Source: Acidobacteriota bacterium
GTDB taxonomy: Bacteria > Acidobacteriota > UBA890
Assembly (NCBI GenBank): GCA_965214245.1
Contig: CBDCBL010000009.1
Span: 961,422 to 1,025,421, forward strand
DNA length: 64,000 nt
Reading direction: 5' to 3'
How positions within the stretch are numbered: position 1 is the stretch's first letter; every line of letters begins with the position of its first letter. The position numbers were made by a program, and so were the translations under genes. A model generated the notes under the pieces. The model was not told where the DNA came from. It did not search any database and saw nothing but the letters and a program-made list of their open reading frames with translations. This document shows positions 27,888 to 37,594 of the stretch, in pieces.

Positions 27888-29081
27888 CTAGAGCTCGGCG
27901 GCGTGCTCCTGCACCTTGGCAAGCGCCCGGGCGATGTCGATGGCGTCGTCTTCCCCGGCGAGCAGCGCCTGCTGGCGGAACCACACGGCATCGCGGGCGC
28001 AGGCGCTCTCCGCCGCCGGGCACTCATCTTTACGATAACGCACGCCCGCGGTGTCGCTCCGGAACAGCGGCTGGTCGTACGGCGGCGACAGGTACCCGCT
28101 GGTCGTCGGCACTCCTTCGGCGTTGAGCGCCTCCACGATCCTGCTCTTCGGCGCATCGGCGAACGAGCCCGGATCGAGGCGAACGATCACCAAATGCCAG
28201 GAATGCCGGTCGCCGGCGGCGAGGGCCTGTCCCGTAACGCCGGGGATGTGCTCGAGCTCCGCGCGCAGGGCGCAAGCGTTGCGGTCGCGCCGCTCCAGCT
28301 GCTCGGGATAGCGATCGAGCTGCGCGTTGAGCACGGCGCCCTGGAATTCACTGAGTCGGAAGTTGCCGCCGAACACGGTGTGCAGATAGCGGTCGCCGAC
28401 GGCGCCACGGCCGCAATCGGCCAACGCCCGACAGCGTGCCGCCAAGGCGTCGTCGTTGGTCAAGATGATGCCGCCTTCGCCGGCTGTGATGTTCTTGCTC
28501 GCCTGAAACGAGAACGCGCCGGCGTCGCCGAGCGCGCCGACCGGGCGCCCTCCCGAAGTGCTACCCCAGGCCTGCGCCGCATCCTCGACAACGCGCAAAT
28601 CGTGCTGCGCCGCAAATCCGTTGATCGCCTCCATGTTTGCTGCCCGCCCACCCAGATGCACGGGCATCAGCGCCGCCGTCGCCTCGCCGACCATCTCGTG
28701 GGCGCGCTCGACGTCGAGGCAGAGGGTCACTGGATCGACGTCGGCAAACACCGGAACACAGCCGGCGCGCAGCACCGCCGTCGCCGAGGCGACGAACGTG
28801 TACGCCGGAATGATCACCTCGGCGCCCGGTTCCAGCTGCAACGCTTCGAGCCCCAGGTGAAGACCGACCTCGCCGTTGGCGACGCAAATGCCGTGCGCCG
28901 CTCCCTGGTACGCCGCGAAGCTCGCTTCGAACCGACGCACCGCCGTGCCGTGGCTGCTCGTCCAGTTGCCCGACTCCAGTACGGCGCGCAGCCCCTCGAG
29001 CTCTTCCGGACCACCCTGAGGCCAATGCGGGTACGGAGCATCGCGCACCGGCGCACCGCCGTTGATAGCCAGATTCACCAC
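27888..29081 (-). CDS. DegT/DnrJ/EryC1/StrS-family PLP-dependent sugar aminotransferase.
   Basis: Characteristic N-terminal region ('INGGAPVR...WPQ...ELEGLRAVLESGNWTS...G') and a Lys-containing PLP motif. Confidence 0.85.
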   Translation of the reverse strand: MVNLAINGGAPVRDAPYPHWPQGGPEELEGLRAVLESGNWTSSHGTAVRRFEASFAAYQGAAHGICVANGEVGLHLGLEALQLEPGAEVIIPAYTFVASATAVLRAGCVPVFADVDPVTLCLDVERAHEMVGEATAALMPVHLGGRAANMEAINGFAAQHDLRVVEDAAQAWGSTSGGRPVGALGDAGAFSFQASKNITAGEGGIILTNDDALAARCRALADCGRGAVGDRYLHTVFGGNFRLSEFQGAVLNAQLDRYPEQLERRDRNACALRAELEHIPGVTGQALAAGDRHSWHLVIVRLDPGSFADAPKSRIVEALNAEGVPTTSGYLSPPYDQPLFRSDTAGVRYRKDECPAAESACARDAVWFRQQALLAGEDDAIDIARALAKVQEHAAEL

Positions 29082-30172
29082 TACAACAGGTCCTCCAGGC
29101 CCGAATCCTTGAGGCGCTCGCGCAACAGCTTGATGTCCTGGCTGCGATCGAGCGCCGCGACAAGCAACACATCGCCCGTGTACACGACGGCCAGATTATC
29201 GACGCCCAGCAGGGCGACGTGGCAATCCGGCGCGTGCACCAGATTGGCAACGGAATCCACGTCGATAACCGACCCGAAGGCGACGTTGTCGCCGGCATTG
29301 TTGTCCGTGACCTCTTGGAGCGCAGCCCACGAACCGACGTCGGACCAGTCGAACGGCGCCTTGACGGTGGCTACGTTCGACGCCCGCTCCATGACGCCGA
29401 AGTCGATCGAGGTCGCCGGCATGGCGGCGTAGGCGGCAGCGCGCTCGTCCGCTTCGCCGGCGGCGGTCATCCGGTCGGCCGCCTGACGGGCCTCGGGAAG
29501 TTGCTCCTGGAGCGCCTCGTTGATGTCAGCGACCGTCCACACGAAGATGCCGCCGTTCCACAGGAAATTGCCCGCTGCGATGTAACTCTCCGCAGTCGGC
29601 AGGTCGGGCTTCTCACGGAATTGATCCACACGGTAGACCTCGATACCGGCGGCGGCACCGTCGATCGGCATCTCGTCGCCCGCCTCGATGTAACCGTAGC
29701 CGGTTTCCGGATAGCGGGGCGGCACCCCGAAGGTCACCAGCGACTGATATTGCACCGCACACCGCGCCGCGGCATCGACCGACGAGCGAAACGCTTCCAG
29801 ATCGGTGATCAGGTGGTCGGCCGGCATCACGACGGTTACGGCGGCGGCGTCGCGACCGGCGATCTCCGTGGTTGCCCAGGCGATGCACGGCGCCGTGTTG
29901 CGCGCCTGCGGCTCGAGCAAGAGGTTGTCGCCCGGCAACTCGGGAAGCTGCTCGCGCGTCAGCTCGTCGTAACCGGCCGTCGTGACCACGAGGACTTCTT
30001 CGGGGCCGTCGACCACCTCAAGGGCGCGGTCCCAGGTGGTTTGCAGCAGCGAGCGGCTGCCGGTGATGTTGAGAAACTGCTTGGGGAGGCTGCGCCGCGA
30101 CAGCGGCCAGAACCGCGTGCCGCCGCCACCGGCCATGATGACGGCGAACACGTGTGGGTTGCGATCGGCCAC
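29081..30172 (-). CDS. manC: Mannose-1-phosphate guanylyltransferase.
   Basis: 'VIMAGGGGTRFWPLSRRSLPKQF' is the nucleotidyltransferase G-loop typical of GMP / ManC. Confidence 0.85.
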   Translation of the reverse strand: MADRNPHVFAVIMAGGGGTRFWPLSRRSLPKQFLNITGSRSLLQTTWDRALEVVDGPEEVLVVTTAGYDELTREQLPELPGDNLLLEPQARNTAPCIAWATTEIAGRDAAAVTVVMPADHLITDLEAFRSSVDAAARCAVQYQSLVTFGVPPRYPETGYGYIEAGDEMPIDGAAAGIEVYRVDQFREKPDLPTAESYIAAGNFLWNGGIFVWTVADINEALQEQLPEARQAADRMTAAGEADERAAAYAAMPATSIDFGVMERASNVATVKAPFDWSDVGSWAALQEVTDNNAGDNVAFGSVIDVDSVANLVHAPDCHVALLGVDNLAVVYTGDVLLVAALDRSQDIKLLRERLKDSGLEDLL

Positions 30173-30173
30173 C

Positions 30174-31550
30174 CTAGCCCTCCGCCACCCCGAGCTCCGC
30201 CTCGATACGCGCCAGCCGCTCGTTGAACAACTGCTGGATCTCTTCGAGGCGCTCCGGACTCTCGGCTTCGAAGCGCAGCACGATAACGGGTTGCGTGTTC
30301 GACGGCCGCGCTAGCCCCCAACCGCCGTCGAACGCAGCGCGGACGCCGTCGATATCGATCACCTCGAACTCCGCGGCGAGCTCGTCGCGCAACCGGTCGC
30401 AAATTTGGAACTTCGCCTGCTCGGTGGAGTCGTAGCGAATCTCGGGTGTTGCAAAGGTCTCCGGCAGGTCTGCCAACAGCTCGGAAAAACTGCCGTCTTG
30501 ACGCGAGGCGATCTCGAGCAGCTTGGCGCCGGCATAGATGGCGTCGTCGTGCCCGAAGAAATTCTCCGAGAAGAACAGGTGGCCGCTCATTTCGCCGGCC
30601 AACAAGGCGTTTTCCCGTTGCATCTTTTCTTTGATGAGCGAGTGGCCGGTTTTCCACATGATGGGCCGCCCGCCGTGCGCCTCGATGTCGTCAGCCAGCT
30701 GCTGCGAGCACTTCACGTCGAAGATCACCGCGGCGCCGGGGTTGCGCTCGAGTAGATCTCGGGCCAGCAGAATCGTCAGCCGGTCGCCCCACACGATGTC
30801 GCCGTTCTCGTCGATAATTCCGAGGCGATCGGCATCGCCGTCGAAACCGAGGCCGACGTCGAGATGCCGTCCCACGACCGTCGCCCGCAAATCGACCACC
30901 GCCTCTTCGAGTGTCGGATCCGGGTGATGGTTGGGGAAATTGCCGTCGACCTCCGAGTACATCTCCACGACTTCGCAACCGAGCTCGCGATAGAACCCCG
31001 GCGCGATGGGCCCCGCCACACCGTTGCCTGAGTCGACGGCGATCTTCAGCGGCCTCTGCAGATGAACGCGCTCACGCAACATGTCCGTGTAGGCGGAAAC
31101 GAGGTTCGTGGTCTTGCGCACGCCGGAACCAGCTTCGAGGTCGCCGATCTCGATGCGGTGACGCAACACTTGAAGCCCGGCACCGAAGATGGTTTGCGTG
31201 CCGAGACAGGTCTTGAAGCCGTTGTACTCCGGCGGGTTGTGACTCCCCGTCACCTGGATCCCACCGTGGGCGCTGAGCTCATGTAGTCCGAAGTAGAACA
31301 GCGGAGTCGGCCCTTCGCCGATATCGATGACGTCGCATCCGGTCGACAAGATGCCCTCGGTAAGCGCCGCCGCCAACTCCGGCCCCGACAGGCGGCCGTC
31401 GCGACCTACCAAGCAGCGGCTGCCGCCGGTGGCGATGACCTCGCTACCGAAAGCACGCCCGACCAGCTCCGCCACATCCGGGGTGAGGTCCTCCCCGACG
31501 ACTCCGCGGATGTCGTAGGCCCGAAAGATCTCAGACGAAACGATTGCCAT
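30174..31550 (-). CDS. manB: Phosphomannomutase / phosphoglucomutase.
   Basis: 'IFRAYDIRG' at the N-terminus, the 'TGSHNPPEYNGFK' active-site serine loop, and the metal loop 'GFDGDADR'. The start is taken at 'MAIVSSEIF'. Confidence 0.85.
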   Translation of the reverse strand: MAIVSSEIFRAYDIRGVVGEDLTPDVAELVGRAFGSEVIATGGSRCLVGRDGRLSGPELAAALTEGILSTGCDVIDIGEGPTPLFYFGLHELSAHGGIQVTGSHNPPEYNGFKTCLGTQTIFGAGLQVLRHRIEIGDLEAGSGVRKTTNLVSAYTDMLRERVHLQRPLKIAVDSGNGVAGPIAPGFYRELGCEVVEMYSEVDGNFPNHHPDPTLEEAVVDLRATVVGRHLDVGLGFDGDADRLGIIDENGDIVWGDRLTILLARDLLERNPGAAVIFDVKCSQQLADDIEAHGGRPIMWKTGHSLIKEKMQRENALLAGEMSGHLFFSENFFGHDDAIYAGAKLLEIASRQDGSFSELLADLPETFATPEIRYDSTEQAKFQICDRLRDELAAEFEVIDIDGVRAAFDGGWGLARPSNTQPVIVLRFEAESPERLEEIQQLFNERLARIEAELGVAEG

Positions 31551-31698
31551 TCTTGGTCTCCTCGGCGAACTCCTGGCAGCATGGCGCCGCTCCGGGGTGG
31601 CCGTGCGCCCCCGCCACAGCCACTTCACTCTCTGATCGGGCGCCTCGAGCGCCTCAGGATAACCCGCCACGGGGCGGATCCGCAGGGTCCTCGTGGTC

Positions 31699-32826
31699 CT
31701 AGGCTGTGAACCGCTCGTAACGGATCAGGTTGTCGCGGATCCGGTCTTCGAGCACTTCGTGCCCGAGCCCGACGCCGGTGGGCACCGTGACATAGCCGTC
31801 GTCCGCGACCTCCACCGCCGGCTCGATGAGGTCTTCGTGCCAGTAGCGCTTCGACGCCGACAGGTCTCCGGGCATCTGGAAGTTCGGCAACGAGGCAAGC
31901 GCGATGTTGTGCAGCCGGCCGATTCCTGACTCGAGCATGCCGCCGCACCAGACCGGAATGTCGCGCGCCGCACACAAATCGTGCACCGCCAGAGCAGCGG
32001 CGCGACCGCCGAGGCGCGACGCCTTGATGTTGACGATCCGGCAGGCCTCGGCATCGAGCGCCCGTTGCGCGTGGTGCGGCGAGTGGATGGCCTCGTCGAG
32101 GCATATCGCTGTCTCGAGCTCGGCCTGCAGCTCCGCGTGCACCTCGATATCGTCATGCGCCAACGGTTGTTCGATCATCAGCAAGTTGAAAGGATCAAGC
32201 TTCTTGAGGTCATCGATGTCATCGCGCCCATAACCGCAGTTGCCGTCGACCATCAGGGGAATGTCCCCGAATCGCTCGCGCACGGGCACGACGACGGTGA
32301 CATCCATCCCGGGTTCGATCTTCAGCTTGATGCGCTGGTAGCCCTGCCCGAGTCCGTTCGTGATCTGATCGGCGAGCACTTCGAAATCCTGCTGGATGCC
32401 GAGCGAGATGCCTACCGGGATACGCTCGTTCGTGGCGCGGCCGTTGGCGTACAGGCTCTGCAGCGAGATGCCCCGGCGCACCGCCTCGAGATCCCACAGC
32501 GCCTCCTCGACGACGCCACGGGCCATCGGATGCCAACGCCATGAGGCAAAGTGCTCGGCGTAAGCCGTCGCCGTCCCCTCCTCGGGCCAGTCTTCGCCCA
32601 ACACCACCGGTGCCACGAAATTCTCGATGATGCTCCAGCAGGTTGCGGTGGTTTCGTACGAGTACAACGGCTCGCCGTCGGCACCCGACTCGCCCCAGCC
32701 GCTGACGCCGTCGGCTGATGCTTTAACCAACAGGATCTCGCGCTCCTCCGTGGTCCCGAATGAGGTGGTGAACTGCCCGACCATCTGCATTTTGATCCGG
32801 AAAAGTTCCAGTGATTCGACCTTCAT
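31699..32826 (-). CDS. Enolase-superfamily enzyme of the MR/MLE subgroup: N-succinylamino-acid racemase, o-succinylbenzoate synthase or dipeptide-epimerase-like.
   Basis: A capping domain followed by a barrel with metal ligands in 'IKLKIEPG', 'DGNCGY' and 'IEQP', and the catalytic Lys pattern of MLE-subgroup members. Confidence 0.8.
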   Translation of the reverse strand: MKVESLELFRIKMQMVGQFTTSFGTTEEREILLVKASADGVSGWGESGADGEPLYSYETTATCWSIIENFVAPVVLGEDWPEEGTATAYAEHFASWRWHPMARGVVEEALWDLEAVRRGISLQSLYANGRATNERIPVGISLGIQQDFEVLADQITNGLGQGYQRIKLKIEPGMDVTVVVPVRERFGDIPLMVDGNCGYGRDDIDDLKKLDPFNLLMIEQPLAHDDIEVHAELQAELETAICLDEAIHSPHHAQRALDAEACRIVNIKASRLGGRAAALAVHDLCAARDIPVWCGGMLESGIGRLHNIALASLPNFQMPGDLSASKRYWHEDLIEPAVEVADDGYVTVPTGVGLGHEVLEDRIRDNLIRYERFTA

Positions 32827-32829
32827 CGA

Positions 32830-33696
32830 CTACTCCTGCACGCCATCTACTTCGAGCTCACCGCGCTCGAACAAGTAGACGGTCTTCGACTCGCCGCGAT
32901 CGTCCAGCCGGGTGCGGGCACACTCGCGGGCGAAATACCCTTTCGCAAAGTATCCGGTGAAGACGGCCCGCGTCGCCTCCCGCCACGCGGTCGCGACACC
33001 GTGGTCGTGCTCCTTGACCTCCTGGACGCTGCCCGGGATCTCGCAGCGCAAGCGGCGGGCATCGAGATCGAGGTTCGGCTCGCCGGGCGCCCAGCCATCG
33101 GCCTGCAACACCCACGGGGCATCGACGTCACCGACAACCAGCGACTCGAACAATTCGGAACGTCGCCCTTCCTGGAGCGCCGCAACGCGTGGCGAATCCA
33201 TCATCCACTTGAGCGTCAGGCGATCGGTGGTCGTTCCGGAGTGCAGCCTGCTCGTGGTCGCGCCGTACAGATTGACGTCGTAGTGATCGGCCAAGCCACC
33301 GAGCTTGCCGAAGTTCAGACAAGCGTTCTTCGATTCGAGCGGATCAAACGTCCACACCATGATCACAAGTCCCCCCGCCAGGCAGATGTCCCGCTGCGCC
33401 CACTTCAGCCGCGTGCCCAGCCCCGCGTCTTGTGCTTCGTCATCGACAGCGAGCATGTGCGAGCAGTGCACCACGCGCCCCTGGTTGTCACGACCCAGGA
33501 ATCCGTAGCAAAAGCCGCGCAACTCGTCGTCGGCGTCGAATGCCCCGAGGACCAATCCGCCCCATTTCTGGGCCGTGACCAGATTGGTTTGGGGGATGAT
33601 GTCGATATCGTCGGCAAATGCCCACGCCTTGGATTGCAGTCGCTCGCACGCCTTGTATTCCTCGAACGTCTCGAGGCGCCTCAATGTGTAGCTCAT
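32830..33696 (-). CDS. GNAT-like acyltransferase-fold protein; tentative. It is translationally coupled upstream of the enolase-superfamily gene.
   Basis: 'VVHCSHMLAVDDEAQDAGLGTRLKWAQRDICLAGGLVIMVWTFDPLESKNACLNFGKLGG' resembles GNAT motif A / B. A 3-nt gap separates it from the downstream gene. Confidence 0.5.
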   Translation of the reverse strand: MSYTLRRLETFEEYKACERLQSKAWAFADDIDIIPQTNLVTAQKWGGLVLGAFDADDELRGFCYGFLGRDNQGRVVHCSHMLAVDDEAQDAGLGTRLKWAQRDICLAGGLVIMVWTFDPLESKNACLNFGKLGGLADHYDVNLYGATTSRLHSGTTTDRLTLKWMMDSPRVAALQEGRRSELFESLVVGDVDAPWVLQADGWAPGEPNLDLDARRLRCEIPGSVQEVKEHDHGVATAWREATRAVFTGYFAKGYFARECARTRLDDRGESKTVYLFERGELEVDGVQE

Positions 33697-33706
33697 GCCG
33701 TTTGTC

Positions 33707-33721
33707 TGGTCAGCACCCTGC
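33707..33721. repeat. Copy 1 of the 15-bp motif TCAGCACCCTGCTAG. It overlaps the TAG stop of the Nif3 gene.
   Basis: The same 15-mer occurs at 37580-37594. Both share CCTGCTAG with the 19-mer repeats. Confidence 0.5.
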
Positions 33722-34476
33722 TAGATTCCCGTCGGGTGTTCGATCCACTCCGTGGCCACACCGAATCGTCCGGCAAGCCATTCACCCACAGCTTTCACGC
33801 CGAACGTCTCCGTGGCGTAATGGCCGCCGAACAAGCAGTGAATGCCATGGTCGCGCGCCGCGTGATATGCCTCGTGCACCGGTTCACCGGTAACGAAGCA
33901 GTCGGCGCCCGCGGCCACGGCGTCATTCAAGAAGCTGCAGCCGCGGCCCGTTACGACCGCGATGCGGTGGATCTGCTCGGGACCGAACGACCAAATGAGT
34001 GGTTCCTCACATCCGGCGGCGGCGAGGCGGCCGGCGAGCCCACCCGGATCGCCGGGCGGATCTAGCGTCGCCAGCGCGCCCAGCTCAGTGCCTCCGAGCA
34101 ATCCGAAGCTGCCATCTACGCGGGCACCGAGGGCGCCGGCCAGCAACACGTTGTTGCCGACCTCCGGGTGGGCATCGAGCGGCAGGTGCGCCGCGTACAC
34201 GGAGAGACCGGCAGCGAAGCACGCTTTTACCCGCCCCGCCGTAATGCCGGTCAACGCCGACTGCGGGCCCCAAAACAACCCGTGGTGCACGAGCAGGAGC
34301 TGGCAATCGGCGTCGACGGCCGCATCGATCGTCGCCTGTGCAGCATCCACGGCAAGAGCCACGCGCTCAATGGACGCCCCACCCTCGACCTGCAGGCCGT
34401 TGAGCGAAGCGTCCTCGGTGCCCGTGATATCGAGATATTCGTCGAGGGCAGCGATGATCTCGTCCCGTTGCGCCAT
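33721..34476 (-). CDS. Nif3-family dinuclear-metal-centre protein (YqfO / YbgI-like).
   Basis: 'LNGLQVEGG...IERVALAVDA...LLVHHGLFWG' at the N-terminus and 'HYATETFG' at the C-terminus. Confidence 0.85.
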   Translation of the reverse strand: MAQRDEIIAALDEYLDITGTEDASLNGLQVEGGASIERVALAVDAAQATIDAAVDADCQLLLVHHGLFWGPQSALTGITAGRVKACFAAGLSVYAAHLPLDAHPEVGNNVLLAGALGARVDGSFGLLGGTELGALATLDPPGDPGGLAGRLAAAGCEEPLIWSFGPEQIHRIAVVTGRGCSFLNDAVAAGADCFVTGEPVHEAYHAARDHGIHCLFGGHYATETFGVKAVGEWLAGRFGVATEWIEHPTGI

Positions 34477-34484
34477 GGCTCCCT

Positions 34485-35798
34485 TCAGTCGGCGTCGCTG
34501 ACCGAATACGGACCGGCGACGGCCACGCCACACCGATCCGGATGCAGTCGCCGTAACGCCACCTCCTGTATCTGCTCGGCACTCACTCCGCCGATCAGAT
34601 CCGGGAAGCGAGAGAAGTAATCGAGACCCAAACGATACTGCTCCATGGCGTGGAGCGCCCCCGCCATCCCCTCGTTGGTTTCGAAGGTCCGCGGCAACGA
34701 GCGAATGATCGCCGAGCGCGCATCGTCGAGCTCCTCCTTGCCGACCGCCTCGGTTTGCATCCTCGTCATTTCCTCCAAGATGCAGTCGACGGCGGCATCA
34801 ACGTTGGCGGCGTCGACACCGGCACGCACGACGAACGGACTGGGACCGACGCTGGCCCCGAGCGCCGAGTATGCGTAGTACGCCATACCCTTTTCCTCGC
34901 GAATGCTGTGCCCCAGGCGTCCGCCCATGGCGAAGCGGCCGAGAATCATGTTCATCACCGCGGCGGCGTAGTAGTCGTCGTCTTGGCGACGCATCCCGGG
35001 ATGGCCCAGTGCCAGGTCGGCCTGGGCTTTGTTGCTCATCGTCTTGGCACGACGCTCGACCCCCGCCGGTGGCTCGACGTCCGCGATGTTCGGCAGCGCC
35101 GCAGGAAGGCCTCCGCCGTCGGGACCCTGGACGCCGGTTGCAGCCGTCCAATCGGTAAACGCCTCGGTGACGGCCACGGTAACGCGTTCCACGTCGACCG
35201 CCCCGACGACCACGACCACCGCGCCACCGGGACCGAAGTGTGTCTCGTGAAAGGCGGCGAGATCGTCGCGCGTAATGCGTTGAATCGTTTCCTCGGTTCC
35301 GAGCAACCGCCAGGCGTAGGGGTGTTCCTCGGGGTAGATCGAAGCGCGCAACAAGTCGGTCGAGATCTGCCCGGTATCGTCGGCGTCCTCGCCAATCGCC
35401 GTGAGAATGTCGCCGCGCAGCTTCTCTGTTTCCGCCACCGGAAATGCAGGCATCATGACGCACTCGGCGATCAGCTCGATCATGGACGTGAAGTCGGCGG
35501 CGCGTGACTTCGTGCCCACGCCGGCGGTGTGGCGCGACGCCCCGGCGCTGAGCAAAGCACCGGTGAAGTCGAGGAGCTCGCCGATCGCTTCTTTGCTGCG
35601 CTTTGCCGTACCGCGTTTGAGCATGGCGGCGGCGAAACCCGCCAGACCCAACGTCTCTCGGGTCTCGAAGGCGCCTCCGGCAGCGAGTCGGATGCTCACG
35701 TTGACCGCCGGCGACGCGGGGTTTTCTTGAGCAAGCACGGTCACGCCGTTGGGCAACACGAAGCGGGTCGGCTCGAAGTTGATCGCGGCAGTGCTCAT
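34485..35798 (-). CDS. M16-family peptidase subunit that lacks the HxxEH zinc motif; probably the non-catalytic partner.
   Basis: M16 fold signatures without an inverted zincin motif. There is a 4-nt overlap with the upstream catalytic subunit. Confidence 0.8.
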   Translation of the reverse strand: MSTAAINFEPTRFVLPNGVTVLAQENPASPAVNVSIRLAAGGAFETRETLGLAGFAAAMLKRGTAKRSKEAIGELLDFTGALLSAGASRHTAGVGTKSRAADFTSMIELIAECVMMPAFPVAETEKLRGDILTAIGEDADDTGQISTDLLRASIYPEEHPYAWRLLGTEETIQRITRDDLAAFHETHFGPGGAVVVVVGAVDVERVTVAVTEAFTDWTAATGVQGPDGGGLPAALPNIADVEPPAGVERRAKTMSNKAQADLALGHPGMRRQDDDYYAAAVMNMILGRFAMGGRLGHSIREEKGMAYYAYSALGASVGPSPFVVRAGVDAANVDAAVDCILEEMTRMQTEAVGKEELDDARSAIIRSLPRTFETNEGMAGALHAMEQYRLGLDYFSRFPDLIGGVSAEQIQEVALRRLHPDRCGVAVAGPYSVSDAD

Positions 35799-37093
35799 GC
35801 CACGGGTCGAGGTCGGAACCAGCCGACCGTCCTGTTGCTCGCCGACAAACGGCCGGCGGCTACCTCACGAACCTGCTCTGCTGTGATTGCCTCGATTTCT
35901 TCGGGGATGGTCCCGAAACGGCCGCGTGCGCCGATCGTGGTGAAGAAGCCGAGCTGGTGGGCAATTCGCGTGACGCCCTCGTCATCGTAGGCAAGCTCAG
36001 CGAGCAGCTGGTTCTTGGCCTTGCGCAGGGCGTGATCGGACGGCTTGGTTCCAGCCGCGGCGTCGAGCGCGCTGAACAGAGCCTCTTCGATGGCCGTCTC
36101 GGCGACACCGTCACGGACGGTTGCGGAAATGCTGTAGAGATAGGGTTGCTCGGTGGGCAGCAAGGCGCTCGACACGCCGCTGACCAACTCCGGCTCGACC
36201 AACGCCCCGTAGAGCGGTGACGTCGTACGCGCGTTGCGGCCGAAGCCGCCCGACCAAAGGCTGATGCCCTTGCCTCCGGAGAGCACGGCGTCGGCAACCA
36301 GCAGGCTCACGAAATCATCGTCCGCGAACGCCGGTGCATGGTAGGCGACCTCGATGTAGCGCGTCGTTCCGGGCCGTTCGACGACGACGCGCCGCTCGCC
36401 CTCCTGATCCGGTTCACGCGTCCGTACGCCGGCCGGTAGATCGCCCGAAGGAATGCCGCCGAAACGCTTCTCCACCGCCGCAAGCGCGGCGTCGTTGTCG
36501 ACGTCACCGGTAACCACCAAGGTCGCATTGTTGGGCACGTAGTAGCTTCGGTAGTGGGCATACAGCTCATCGCGGCCCATGGCCTCGAGGTCCGACAACC
36601 AGCCGATCACCGGCCAGCCGTAGGGATGAGCGCGAAACGCCGCCGCTGCGACCTCGTTGCCGAGCAAATAAGCGGGGTTGTTCTCGTTGCCCTGGAGCTC
36701 CGAGATGATCACCGTGCGTTCCGATTCGAACTCCTCGGGATCGTAGAGACAGTCGGTCATGCGCTCTGCTTCGATCCGCAGGGCCAGGTCGAGAGCATCC
36801 GCCGCCAGGGTTTCGAAATAGGTCGTCTGGTCGATCCAGGTGTAGCCGTTCCAGGTACCGCCGGCGCGCTCGATCCACACCTTCAGGTCCTCGCGCGAGA
36901 TGCCGCGCGTGCCCTTGAAGTTCATGTGCTCCACCCAATGGGACGCGCCCGTCGTGCCGGGCGCCTCGTTCTTGGATCCGACGTGGTACCAGCACCAAAC
37001 CGACACCAACGGCGCCGTGTGCAACGGCTGGATCAGCACCTTCAGGCCGTTGCCGAGCTGCTCCTCGATGATGCTGTCACCGTTACCCCGCAT
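35795..37093 (-). CDS. M16-family (pitrilysin-like) zinc peptidase, catalytic subunit.
   Basis: 'GASHWVEHMNFKGT' contains the HxxEH inverted zinc-binding motif. The downstream Glu is present. Confidence 0.85.
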   Translation of the reverse strand: MRGNGDSIIEEQLGNGLKVLIQPLHTAPLVSVWCWYHVGSKNEAPGTTGASHWVEHMNFKGTRGISREDLKVWIERAGGTWNGYTWIDQTTYFETLAADALDLALRIEAERMTDCLYDPEEFESERTVIISELQGNENNPAYLLGNEVAAAAFRAHPYGWPVIGWLSDLEAMGRDELYAHYRSYYVPNNATLVVTGDVDNDAALAAVEKRFGGIPSGDLPAGVRTREPDQEGERRVVVERPGTTRYIEVAYHAPAFADDDFVSLLVADAVLSGGKGISLWSGGFGRNARTTSPLYGALVEPELVSGVSSALLPTEQPYLYSISATVRDGVAETAIEEALFSALDAAAGTKPSDHALRKAKNQLLAELAYDDEGVTRIAHQLGFFTTIGARGRFGTIPEEIEAITAEQVREVAAGRLSASNRTVGWFRPRPVA

Positions 37094-37152
37094 ATCTCAA
37101 CGCCCTCCTGCTGCGGGCGCCGAGCCGCGCGCGAGACATGCGGGGCTACCCG

Positions 37153-37533
37153 TCATTGTTCGCCGCCCTTGGCGAAAAGCGACGGCTGGTACTCGGCCAT
37201 CAGCCGCCGCGTCGGTTCGTCGGCCGGCACAAAGGCCGGCTGCAGCACGTTGACTCGCCACACGTATCGCCGGGGATCGAGGCGACCTACGGTGCAGGTG
37301 ACGTCCATCGTGCCGTAAAAGCTCGAAACCACCGCGGCGTCGCAGGTAACAGGCCCCCGCTGCGCCAGAAAATCGCCGAGCGGCACCTTGCCCTCAGCAT
37401 CGTATTCGGCGACCACCTCGATCGAGCGCCGCACGTCGCCGGCAGCGTGCAGCTGATAGAGCGTATAGCTGGCCACGATGCCCAGCAGCATCGTAGGCAG
37501 CACCAGGAACCAGTTGTCACGACTTATCCGCAT
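37153..37533 (-). CDS. Hypothetical small protein with an N-terminal transmembrane helix.
   Basis: An ORF with the hydrophobic start 'WFLVLPTMLLGIVASYTLY'. No recognisable domain. Confidence 0.4.
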   Translation of the reverse strand: MRISRDNWFLVLPTMLLGIVASYTLYQLHAAGDVRRSIEVVAEYDAEGKVPLGDFLAQRGPVTCDAAVVSSFYGTMDVTCTVGRLDPRRYVWRVNVLQPAFVPADEPTRRLMAEYQPSLFAKGGEQ

Positions 37534-37566
37534 AGGCTATTCCGCTGGACCAGGCGATTCGCGTGT

Positions 37567-37594
37567 CTAGCAGGGTTCTTCAGCACCCTGCTAG
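37567..37594. terminator. Perfect hairpin CTAGCAGGGT-TCTTCAGC-ACCCTGCTAG (10-bp stem) overlapping the nhaC stop codon. Candidate intrinsic terminator or attenuator; there is no downstream T-run.
   Basis: Direct reading of the sequence. It lies between the nhaC stop and the start of the next minus-strand gene. Confidence 0.4.

Noticed and set aside
31551-31698. GC-rich inverted repeats in the manB / enolase-gene intergenic region and in the glyQS / DegT intergenic region (27731-27887), considered as intrinsic terminators.
   Set aside because: The stems are short (5-6 bp) and lack T-tracts. In such GC-rich DNA they are common by chance. Only the 10-bp perfect hairpin at 37567-37594 was retained.
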